Below, piece by piece: positions 54,378-63,077 of a stretch of DNA of 64,000 nt. Made by a program: the position numbers and the translations under genes. Positions within the stretch are counted from its first letter, which is position 1. Each line of letters begins with the position of its first letter. Source of the DNA: Candidatus Dormiibacterota bacterium (GTDB lineage: Bacteria > Chloroflexota > Dormibacteria > Aeolococcales > Aeolococcaceae); contig CAVPXI010000014.1 in assembly GCA_963709585.1 (NCBI GenBank), positions 128,001 through 192,000 of the forward strand, in the 5' to 3' direction. Under the pieces are notes generated by a model that was given only the letters and a program-made list of their open reading frames with translations, had not been told where the DNA came from and ran no database searches.

Positions 54378-55670
54378 TCAGCCGTCTCGGAACAACCCGC
54401 GCCGCAGCGCCGCTGCCGTCAACTCGTCCTGAAAACGTGGTGCTGCGAGGGCAATGAGAGCATGAGCGCGATGGGCCAAGTCCATTCCGTGGAGGTCGAT
54501 GCGACCGTGTTCGGTGGCGACCCAGTGCACGTGTGCACGGGAAGTTGTCACGCCAGCACCGTCCGCAAGCGTGGGGACGATCCGCGAGAGCTGGCCGCCG
54601 CGTGCAGTTGACAACAGGGCAATCACCGGACGGCCACCACGTGACAGCGCCGCTCCCCGCATGAAGTCCATCTGCCCACCCACGCCGCTATACATGCGTG
54701 CGCCGATTGATTCCGCGCAGACCTGCCCGGTCAGATCGATCTGCAGTGCGGAGTTGATCGCCACCATGTTGTCGAGACGAAGGATGGTCCGTGTGTCGTT
54801 GGTGTACTCGAAGGAGCGCATCTCCAGCATCGGGTTGTCGTTCGCGAAATCGTAGAGGCGTCGGCTGCCATTGAGGAACGCCACGACGAGCTTGCCTCGG
54901 TTGATGGTCTTGCGACTGCCGGTGATCACACCCGCGCTAACCAACTCGAGCACGCCGTCCGACACCACCTCGCTATGCACTCCAAGCTCGCGACGGTCGC
55001 CGAGCAGTCCCAGGACGGCGTTGGGGATCGCGCCAATCCCAAGCTGGAGTGTGGCCCCGTCCTCAATCAGCTCTGCGACATTTCGACCGACGGCAAGATG
55101 CTCCGCAGTGATCACAGGCGCGGAGGCTTCGGGCAGCGGTTCGTCCACCTCGATCACAGCGTCGAAGTCGTTGAGGTGGATAAACGAATCGCCGTGCGTT
55201 CGCGGCATCCTTGGGTTGATCTGGGCGATGCGCAGTCGCGCCGCGCGCGCGGCCGCGAGCGTGCAGTCCACCGAGACACCCAGAGAGCAGTAGCCGTGCA
55301 GGTCCGGAGGCGAGACATGGAGGAGCGCCACATCTAGCGGCAGTCTGCCCGTGCTGAACAGGCGAGGCACGTCTGAGAGGAACACGGGCAGGTACGTCGC
55401 CGCCCCGGTCGCCACCGCATCGCGCGTGGTCGAATCGACGAACAGAACGCAACGACGGATGTTCGGAGCCGCGGCCGAGGCCGCCCTGGCGACGTCACCA
55501 TTGACGTGGAGATGGATCAGCTCCACGTCATGAAGTTCCGACCTGCGGTCCAGGAGGGCGCCGAGGAGCGCGCCTGGCACAGCGCTGCCGGCGTGGAGGT
55601 AGACACGGTCTCCGCTCTTGATCAGTCGGACGGCCTCTCGGGCCGACGTTGCCTGCTTGGGCGCCGTCAT
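54378..55670 (-). CDS. Acetyl-CoA hydrolase/transferase (4-hydroxybutyrate CoA-transferase-like)
   Basis: VSPPDLHGYCSLG, TLQLGIGAIP, GVHSE, SGVGGQMDFMRGA. Confidence 0.9.
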   Translation of the reverse strand: MTAPKQATSAREAVRLIKSGDRVYLHAGSAVPGALLGALLDRRSELHDVELIHLHVNGDVARAASAAAPNIRRCVLFVDSTTRDAVATGAATYLPVFLSDVPRLFSTGRLPLDVALLHVSPPDLHGYCSLGVSVDCTLAAARAARLRIAQINPRMPRTHGDSFIHLNDFDAVIEVDEPLPEASAPVITAEHLAVGRNVAELIEDGATLQLGIGAIPNAVLGLLGDRRELGVHSEVVSDGVLELVSAGVITGSRKTINRGKLVVAFLNGSRRLYDFANDNPMLEMRSFEYTNDTRTILRLDNMVAINSALQIDLTGQVCAESIGARMYSGVGGQMDFMRGAALSRGGRPVIALLSTARGGQLSRIVPTLADGAGVTTSRAHVHWVATEHGRIDLHGMDLAHRAHALIALAAPRFQDELTAAALRRGLFRDG

Positions 55671-55966
55671 ATGCTGATTGGTTCGGCGGTGCCGAGCATG
55701 CTCTCCTCACTGATGGGTCGGGGGCCTCCACCAATGCCCGTGCTGAGGCTCGCCCGACCGTCATAACAATCTCAGCAACACCCCGGAGATCGGCGACGGT
55801 TAGCCGGAGACCAGTCGAGCTCTTGCGAGGAGTCAGTGGTGGCGCTGCGGGCCACAAGACGCTTGTCTGAGCGACGCGGCTTTCCTGCTAGATCTTTCTG
55901 AGCTGGCGATTCGAACCCAAGAAGCGCAAGTGTTGGTGGATCGCTGGAGACCAGAGCAAGTTTGGT

Positions 55967-55995
55967 TTGACAACCTAGCATCTGCTTGGTATACT
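55967..55995 (+). promoter_or_regulatory. Near-consensus sigma70 promoter
   Basis: TTGACA-17 bp-TATACT with extended -10 TG; GGAGG RBS before 56054. Confidence 0.75.
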
Positions 55996-56053
55996 TAGCG
56001 CAGCCTCTCAAGTAGGACCCCCAACGGGACCCGGAGGTGACGAGGAAACAGTC

Positions 56054-56341
56054 ATGACCGACCACGCCGACAAGACCCGCACCGCCAATGCCGCACTGGC
56101 AGAAGGCCTCCAGCAGACAACGGAGATCAAGCTCGCGGCCACCGAGGTCCTCAAGGGCATCACCTCCGTCCTGGTTCCACTGACCGTGTTCATGCTTCCC
56201 AACTCTGAGAAGCTCATCCCGGCCATCGACACCGTCGTGGATCGCAACTTCGACATCGTCACCAAGTTCGTCGAGTGGCAGTACGAGTTTGGGGTCGCCG
56301 TCCTCAATCAGCTGGGGTCCTTCGCGCCCACCTCCAACTGA
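56054..56341 (+). CDS. Small helical protein, possibly phasin-like
   Basis: Strong promoter, RBS and terminator; amphipathic VVDRNFDIVTKFVEWQYEF. Confidence 0.55.
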   Translation: MTDHADKTRTANAALAEGLQQTTEIKLAATEVLKGITSVLVPLTVFMLPNSEKLIPAIDTVVDRNFDIVTKFVEWQYEFGVAVLNQLGSFAPTSN

Positions 56342-56347
56342 TTCCGG

Positions 56348-56380
56348 CAGGAGCGCGCAGCGCGACGCTGCGCGCTCCTG
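56348..56380 (+). terminator. Perfect 15-bp stem hairpin
   Basis: CAGGAGCGCGCAGCG-cga-CGCTGCGCGCTCCTG, just after the stop codon. Confidence 0.65.
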
Positions 56381-56401
56381 ACCACAACGCTTGAGTTGAG
56401 C

Positions 56402-57109
56402 ATGATGAGCGTCCCATGCGCACCGTCCAGGAACTTTCTCCTTCAGGCACTGCCCCCCCTGGAACGGGATGCGTTGTTTGCCCATCTTCGCCCGACTGCT
56501 CTGTCCGTAAAGACGGTGCTCTTCGAGCCTGGGGAAGCGATCGAGTCGGTCCACTTTCCGCTCGACGGCGTCATTTCCCTGGTCACTCCATCCGCCGGCG
56601 GCAGCGTCGAGGTGGCGACCATTGGGAATGAGGGGATTGTCGGGGTGCCTCTCATCCCCGCCGGAGTTAGCTGCGTCCGGGCCGTATCGCCGGTGGGTGC
56701 TCAGACGCTGCAGATGGGCGCCGCGACATTCCTAGCCGAAATTGAGCGCTTGGACGCCTTCCGCCGGCTCGTCGAACGCTACCTGCTCGCACTCTTCGCG
56801 CAGATCTCTCAATTGGCCGCGTGTAATCGCCTCCACGCCACCGAGCAACGGCTCTGCCGTTGGCTGCTCATGACCCATGATCGGGTCGCAACGGACACGT
56901 TCCCGGTCACCCAAGACGTCCTCGGGCAGATGCTCGGCTCTCGGCGTGGGACCGTCACTCTCTCGGCCCAACTCCTCCAAGCGGCGGGTCTGATCGCATA
57001 TCACCGAGGGCGCGTCACCATCGTCGATCGAGAGGGTCTCGAATCCGCTTGCTGCGAGTGCTACGCGACCCTGAAGCATCGGCTGGATCGCGTGCTCGCC
57101 CCCGGATAG
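56402..57109 (+). CDS. Crp/Fnr family regulator
   Basis: VEVATIGNEG, EQRLCRWLL, TQDVLGQMLGSRRGTVT, ACCECY. Confidence 0.9.
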   Translation: MMSVPCAPSRNFLLQALPPLERDALFAHLRPTALSVKTVLFEPGEAIESVHFPLDGVISLVTPSAGGSVEVATIGNEGIVGVPLIPAGVSCVRAVSPVGAQTLQMGAATFLAEIERLDAFRRLVERYLLALFAQISQLAACNRLHATEQRLCRWLLMTHDRVATDTFPVTQDVLGQMLGSRRGTVTLSAQLLQAAGLIAYHRGRVTIVDREGLESACCECYATLKHRLDRVLAPG

Positions 57110-57443
57110 TGCGCGCACTTGCCTGTCTTCGGGTCATATCAGCAGGCGGTAAGCGGATCCAGGAAGCCAGACTCCTTGCCCCAATAAAGAGACAGACGGC
57201 GGTCGAGAGCGATTTGCGACGCTGAACCCGCCACACTCGTAGCCAGGCGAGTGCGTGGCAACGCTGATCAGGCCGAACGGGTGGCTCCGCGGTTGCAGTT
57301 GCGGGTTCGCTCCGGCGGCTTTGGCAGACGCCGGGAGAAATCGGGCGTAGGATCGTAGGTGGAAGTGGGGAGTCGCTCTCGCGCGCCGGCGCGCCGCGCG
57401 AGAGCGACCCATTGTCAGCGCCGTTACAGGTAGGGCAACCAGC

Positions 57444-58622
57444 GTGGAAGAGGCCGTCATTGTCAGCGCCGTCCGGACACCGGTAGGCACCCTGGGGGGC
57501 ATATTCGTCGAGGTTCCGGCGACGACGCTCGGTGCCATCGTGGTGGAAGAGGCCATCCGTCGCGCCGGCATCGACGTCGACCAGGTCGAGGAAATCCTCA
57601 TGGGGAACGTGCTACAGGCAGGGCTCGGCCAGAACCCGGCGCGGCAGGCGGCGCTCGGAGCCCATCTGTCGACCGCTGTCCCAGCCATGACCGTCAACAA
57701 GGTGTGCGGCTCTGGACTGAAGACGGTGGCATTAGCCGCTCAGGCGATCCGCCTCGGCGATGCCGAGTGCATGGTGGCGGGTGGCATGGAGAACATGTCG
57801 CGCGCGCCATACCTGATGGACGGCGGGCGCTACGGCTATCGCCTCGGCCACGGGCAGCTGGTGGACGTGATCATCCGCGACGGACTCTGGTGCGCCTTCA
57901 CCGACTGCCATATGGGCATTACCGCAGAGAACGTGGCCAAAGAATGGGAGGTGAGCCGGGCCGATCAGGATGGCTTTGCGGTGGCCTCGCAACGAAAGGC
58001 TGGCGACGCGATCAAAGCGGGCCGATTCAAGGACGAGATCGTTCCCGTCCCGGTGGCGCGCCGCAAGGAGACCGTTCTGGTCGACACAGATGAGCACCCG
58101 CGTCCCGCCACCACTCTGGACCTCCTGTCGGGCCTGCGCTCTGCCTTCACAAAGGACGGTAGCGTCACGGCCGGTAACGCAAGCGGTATCAACGACGGCG
58201 CAGCTGCCGTGGTGGTGATGAGCGCATCACGCGCCAAGGCCCAGGGCCTGACTCCGCTGGCCCGAATCCGCAGCTACGCCAGCGCCGGGGTGGAGCCTCG
58301 CATCATGGGGATCGGGCCGATACCGGCGGCGCGGAAGGCCATGGACAAGGCCGGCGTCGGTGTCCGTGACATCGACCTCTTCGAGTTGAACGAGGCCTTC
58401 GCCGCTCAGTCGGTGGCGGTGTGTCGGGAGCTGGCCGTCCCTGAGGACAGAGTCAACGTCAACGGCGGCGCCATTGCGCTGGGCCATCCGATCGGTGCCA
58501 GCGGAACACGCATTCTCACCACGCTCCTGTACGAGATGGCTCGCCGCGACGTGGAGCTGGGCATTGCCGCTATGTGCATCGGCGGTGGCCAGGGCATCGC
58601 CATGGTGGTCAACCGCGTCTAG
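57444..58622 (+). CDS. Acetyl-CoA C-acetyltransferase (thiolase, AtoB/PhaA type)
   Basis: NKVCGSGL, NEAFAAQ, GGAIALGHPIGASG, MCIGGGQG. Confidence 0.95.
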   Translation: MEEAVIVSAVRTPVGTLGGIFVEVPATTLGAIVVEEAIRRAGIDVDQVEEILMGNVLQAGLGQNPARQAALGAHLSTAVPAMTVNKVCGSGLKTVALAAQAIRLGDAECMVAGGMENMSRAPYLMDGGRYGYRLGHGQLVDVIIRDGLWCAFTDCHMGITAENVAKEWEVSRADQDGFAVASQRKAGDAIKAGRFKDEIVPVPVARRKETVLVDTDEHPRPATTLDLLSGLRSAFTKDGSVTAGNASGINDGAAAVVVMSASRAKAQGLTPLARIRSYASAGVEPRIMGIGPIPAARKAMDKAGVGVRDIDLFELNEAFAAQSVAVCRELAVPEDRVNVNGGAIALGHPIGASGTRILTTLLYEMARRDVELGIAAMCIGGGQGIAMVVNRV

Positions 58623-58839
58623 CACCTCCTCGAGCGGTGACGAACGCGGAGTGCCGGCGTCGCTGGCGTGACGGACGGCGCCGCACGCGGCGAGGGCCGA
58701 ACTCTGGAAGCGCCGCAAACTGCGAGACCTTCGGCGCCAGTCACGTGACCAACGGCCCTGGTCCGGTCAGGGCCACAAGCGTTTTACTGGGATCCGTCCA
58801 AGCCGGGACGAAGCCAACTGATTCGCGAGGAGTCGCCCC

Positions 58840-59778
58840 ATGAAAGCTGCCGTCGTGCACCGGTTCAAGCCGGCACTCATCGTCGAGGAGCGACCGATCC
58901 TAACCCCGTTGGTCGTCGAAGCCGCCCTCGGCCCTCAGGCGGCCGGACTCCCCAATACGAGTATTCGTGCCACCGAATGCGACTGGCCGATGGAGCGAGC
59001 ATTACCATTTGTCCGCGGAGACAGGCCACGGCTGAATCTGCTGCTCCTCGGGGCGCCGGCCAGTGGTAAGGGGACGCAGGCGGACCTTTTAGCCGCGCGC
59101 CTCGACATTCCCGCGATCGCGACGGGGAACATCCTGCGCGCCGAGCTCGCCGAGCGGACCGAGCTGGGGCTGCGCGTCCAGGCCTACATGCAGCGCGGCG
59201 ACCTGGTTCCGGACGCGCTGATGATCGACATCATCAGGAAGCGCCTGCGGGGGAGCGACCGCCGGGACGGCTTCCTACTCGACGGCTTCCCCCGCACCGT
59301 GCCCCAAGCCCGAGCGCTCGACGCGCTGGCGGCGTCGATGGCGACTGGCTTCGACCGCGTCCTATACCTGAACGTGCCCGAGGCTGAGCTGATCCGGCGC
59401 ATCACGACCAGGCTGACCTGCCCGGGCTGCGGACGAAGCTACGGGTTCGAGGCTGACCAGCCCCGACCGTTGGGCTGCGAGGCGGACGGCAGGGACCTCA
59501 TCGTGCGCGAGGACGACCGGCCGGAGACCGCCCAGCGCCGTATTGCGGTCTACCTGGAGAAGACGTTGCCGGTGCTCGATCACTACCGCAAGCAAGGGCT
59601 GGTCGCGGAGATCGAAGGCATCGGCTCAGTCGAGGAGGTCTCCCGGCGCATGCTGCGCGCGCTTCCCGCTCGGCCGGTGGCACAGCGTGTGCTGGGTTTG
59701 GTTGGACGTTCTCGAGGGCAGACCTCAGCGGCACGAGCGCTGGATGGCCAAACCAAACCACACGCCGGTTATCGATGA
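58840..59778 (+). CDS. adk: Adenylate kinase with a decayed alcohol-dehydrogenase-like N-terminal extension
   Basis: LLGAPASGKGTQA, GDLVPD, LDGFPRT, REDDRPE. Confidence 0.82.
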   Translation: MKAAVVHRFKPALIVEERPILTPLVVEAALGPQAAGLPNTSIRATECDWPMERALPFVRGDRPRLNLLLLGAPASGKGTQADLLAARLDIPAIATGNILRAELAERTELGLRVQAYMQRGDLVPDALMIDIIRKRLRGSDRRDGFLLDGFPRTVPQARALDALAASMATGFDRVLYLNVPEAELIRRITTRLTCPGCGRSYGFEADQPRPLGCEADGRDLIVREDDRPETAQRRIAVYLEKTLPVLDHYRKQGLVAEIEGIGSVEEVSRRMLRALPARPVAQRVLGLVGRSRGQTSAARALDGQTKPHAGYR

Positions 59779-60089
59779 GGTGTACGACGGTCCGCAGGTG
59801 CTCCAGGTCGAGGGCGAGACCCGCGACGAGGCGAAGCTACGCTGGGCGATCGCGAATTGAGCTGAACTCGAAGCCCACCAACCGGAAGCGGGGGCGCATG
59901 GAGAAGGTCGGCACCTCTTGAGCTTGAACTCGCAGTCAGCCACTCTCCAACGTCTACATCAACGTCTGCATCCGCGACAAACACGAGAACATCGGGGAAC
60001 ACGTGGAGACAACTAGTTGGCGAGGCACCGACGTCTCGCCCCATAACCGAAGGGCTGCGGGCTCACGTCAGCAGCCGGAGGGTGATCCA

Positions 60090-60431
60090 ATGGAGCGACA
60101 GATCATCGAATACGAGGATCGCTCGACCGGCGAGCTGCTGAGCAAGGCGTTTGTCGCGAGATGGCTGATCGAACCGGACGAGCATTACCGCTCAGTGCAC
60201 GAGGGTGATGACCTACGCAGCGGGACTCAGGTGGTGGGCGGCACTACGTTCGCCGTCGCCGAGACCGCCAATGGGCAGATGGTGATCTGGAGCGACGCGC
60301 ACAGGTCCAGATCGACATACGACGTCTACGACGGCTTCGATGAGGCCGAGTCCGCGGGCGTCCCTGGTGATGTCGTCGCCATCGCTTCCGATCGAGCCGG
60401 CATCGAGCGCGCTGGACTGCTCGACATTTAG
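60090..60431 (+). CDS. Hypothetical protein
   Basis: GGAGG RBS and ATG at 60090; acidic ORF. Confidence 0.45.
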   Translation: MERQIIEYEDRSTGELLSKAFVARWLIEPDEHYRSVHEGDDLRSGTQVVGGTTFAVAETANGQMVIWSDAHRSRSTYDVYDGFDEAESAGVPGDVVAIASDRAGIERAGLLDI

Positions 60432-60495
60432 CACCCCTCACGAAGTAGGGCCGCAGGCGGCGTCGTTTCGTCAGCGCAAACGCGTTTGCCTGGTG

Positions 60496-60703
60496 ATCGG
60501 AATCACATTGGCATCAGATGAGCCCCTCGTTGAGTCGGCGTGGACGCGATATTTGCAATGTGAGCCGTCCAATTGCCTTATCTGCTAAGGGAAACGCGGA
60601 GCGATAGGGATTCGACCCCTCGTGGCGGGTTTCCCCACCAACCCGGATTTCCAGAGCGTTTGAGCGGGGTGCAAGACAGGGTACGGAGGGGCATTTCGTA
60701 TTC
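60496..60703 (-). mobile_element. att junction J6: degenerate tRNA-Ser 3' fragment (60597-60654), right arm truncated
   Basis: CGGAGCGATAGGGATTCGACCCCTCG...TTTCCAG, then GAGCGGGGTGCA...GTATTC as in J3-J5. Confidence 0.82.
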
Positions 60704-61246
60704 GCGCGGTCGTCAGGGTTGGGCGGATGCGCAGCTAGATACTGCAGCTCAGCGGGTGAGATCGACTGCTGCGTCATCGGCACCGGACCGAGCGGTGCTC
60801 GATCAAGAAGAGCGGAATCGACACTTGTACGATCTCCTCACATCTAAGCCCGCGCTGGCCAAGGTGACCGAAGCCGAGCCCATGCGTCAGACCTATGCGG
60901 AGCGGGGAACCCCTGAGCGGCGACGCCTGATCGGTTAAGTCCCAGCGTCAGGCCGCTCAGCGTCCGAGCCCAAGTGGCAGTTACGCAGCCGGCGCGGGCG
61001 TGAGGAACTGGATGTCGTCGGCGACGATCTCGAGCGCGTAGCGCGGGGTCCGTCGAGCGCTGTCCACGTGCGGCCGGTCTCTGTCCTACGGGACGCGTCT
61101 CAGCAGTGTCCGAACGGCTATGGCACAAGTCAGGCGCGAACGGCTCGTTGCGATCGGCCCTGCGGGTATGCGCTCCGCATTCCGGAAGCTACTTTCGGAG
61201 CGGTCTTCGGTGCGATTGTCGTGAGATTTCGCACTAAACTCTCTCC

Positions 61247-61789
61247 ATGGGAGACCAGCTCAAACTGCCCGCGATCCCGGGGCTCGAGAGGACAGATCCG
61301 GTGCTCACGCAGGTCGATTCGTCGATCAAATGGTACGACACAAATGCTCTGCGCGCGATGCGGATCCACTTCGGACTGCGAACCACTCAACTCGTACTCG
61401 CTACGCTCATACCAATTTCGCAGGTCTTCGATTGGGGCCTCCTATCTCGTGTGTTGGCGGCTGTCTTAGCTGGCGGGATTGCTCTCTCCCAGGGGCTCGA
61501 TTCGCTCCATCATTACGGGGAGCACTACGTGGGGTGGCGAGCCACTGCTCAGCGCATGCTTCGGGAGAGATTCCTATTCTCGGCACACGCCGGTGAATAC
61601 GAGAAATTCCCTGCTCTCTCCGAGGGTGCGCGCCAGGTCCTCGCGGCGAACGTGAATGCAATAGAGGCTCAGGAGAGCCAGTCATGGCAGTCACTTCAGG
61701 CTAAGACCAGCGGCTCGTTGGCGGCGCAGCCGGCGGGGAGCATGAGTCAAGCTGACGGTGCGGCGGACGGGCCCGGCACACCCCACTGA
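61247..61789 (+). CDS. SLATT/DUF4231 two-TM protein
   Basis: IKWYDTNA, two TM helices, YVGWRATAQRMLRERFLF...AGEY, ESQSW. Confidence 0.8.
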   Translation: MGDQLKLPAIPGLERTDPVLTQVDSSIKWYDTNALRAMRIHFGLRTTQLVLATLIPISQVFDWGLLSRVLAAVLAGGIALSQGLDSLHHYGEHYVGWRATAQRMLRERFLFSAHAGEYEKFPALSEGARQVLAANVNAIEAQESQSWQSLQAKTSGSLAAQPAGSMSQADGAADGPGTPH

Positions 61790-62330
61790 TACGTCATCCG
61801 AAGCGCTCGTGTCGGGGTAGTTTCGTTTGTAGGGGAGCGCACTACATGCGAGGAATTCCGGAGTGATGGGTCACTCTGATTGAAGCCTTCTAGGTCGCTC
61901 ATACTTGCGGCATTCAGAGCAGGGTCGCCGTCCGTCCTTCCCGGTGACGTCGTTGTGGTCCTCGCGGATTTTCCGCCCGATCTGACACTCGCTTCGGTCG
62001 TGGTAGACCTCCATAGCGCCTCCCCGTAGCGCAGCGAATAGACCCGAGTGTAGAACGCTGGCAAGGTCCCCACCATCCCACCCTAGCTGCGCCTCGGAGC
62101 GGCGTCTGTCCGCTTGGTCACACATGCGTTTCAGCAATCGATCCTCAGTCTGCGGGTAGCGAACGGTGAGCCTTGACACTAGCGTAGGTCCGCGGGCGAC
62201 ATCTGATACATCTGATAAGTGGTAAGGTTTTCGTGCTCCGGCTGTCGCAGGTAGCGTTCTTTCCGCCACAGTGGCGGGGCGACCCTAGTTGGACCCGCAT
62301 CGGGGGATCTCTACGAGCTGCACGATGAAA

Positions 62331-62765
62331 CTAGAGTTCATCAAGCACCGTCCGCGCCCGCCGCATAGCATCTAGCGCTGCTGGAAAGCCACAGTACGCG
62401 GCGCTTTGAAGAATAACCTCGCATACCTCGTGCTCCGTGCAGCCGTTGTTGATGGCGCCCCTAACATGAGCCTGAAGCTCTTCCAGTCGGTTGAGGGCTA
62501 TGAGCATGCCTATTGTCAACAGACTCCGCGTGGTCCTGGGGAGCCCGGGACGACTTCAGACCCTCCCCCACGCGACCTCTGTGACAAATCGCTGCAACTC
62601 TTCGTGCAAAAGATTCGTTCCCGTCATTGCACGTGTGACATGCTCGTCGCCCAAGACTTGGCGTCTAACAGCGAGACCCTCGTCATAGGTTGACGCTGCC
62701 CCGAGCGCCACCGGGTTATTGGGCATGCCCAGTGCGGACTCTCGTTCGCTGACGTCCTCGCTCAT
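62331..62765 (-). CDS. Carboxymuconolactone decarboxylase family protein (in-frame TGA at 62556-62558)
   Basis: GLAVRRQVLG, AWGRV*SRPGL, HVRGAINNG, AYCGFPAA. Confidence 0.85.
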
Positions 62766-63077
62766 GACTGCCTCCTTTCGCCTCTAACCATTCGAGGCAT
62801 TAGCGCGTAGGTGGATCAGGCGCGGGCCGCGATGCAGCGTAACAACGGACCGCGAACCTCACGTCTTGGACATAGTCGTGCAAAGGTCGGGGGGCAGTCT
62901 CGGAAGAACCTCAGACCATTCGGAGTTGGATAAGTCGCGCCGCATCTGGGTCAGCCACGAGTACTTGCCCATCCACATCTGTGGCCTGGACGAGGATTTC
63001 GCCGTTGCCTAAACCCGTTGGCCCAAGCATAATCAGATCCACTCAATTGTCCGATATTTTAGGTTAGGCTTACGCGA

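Noticed and set aside
61171-61183. CGCTCCGCATTCC as an inverted att relic
   Set aside because: Too short, in the opposite orientation, and with no T-arm or arm repeats.
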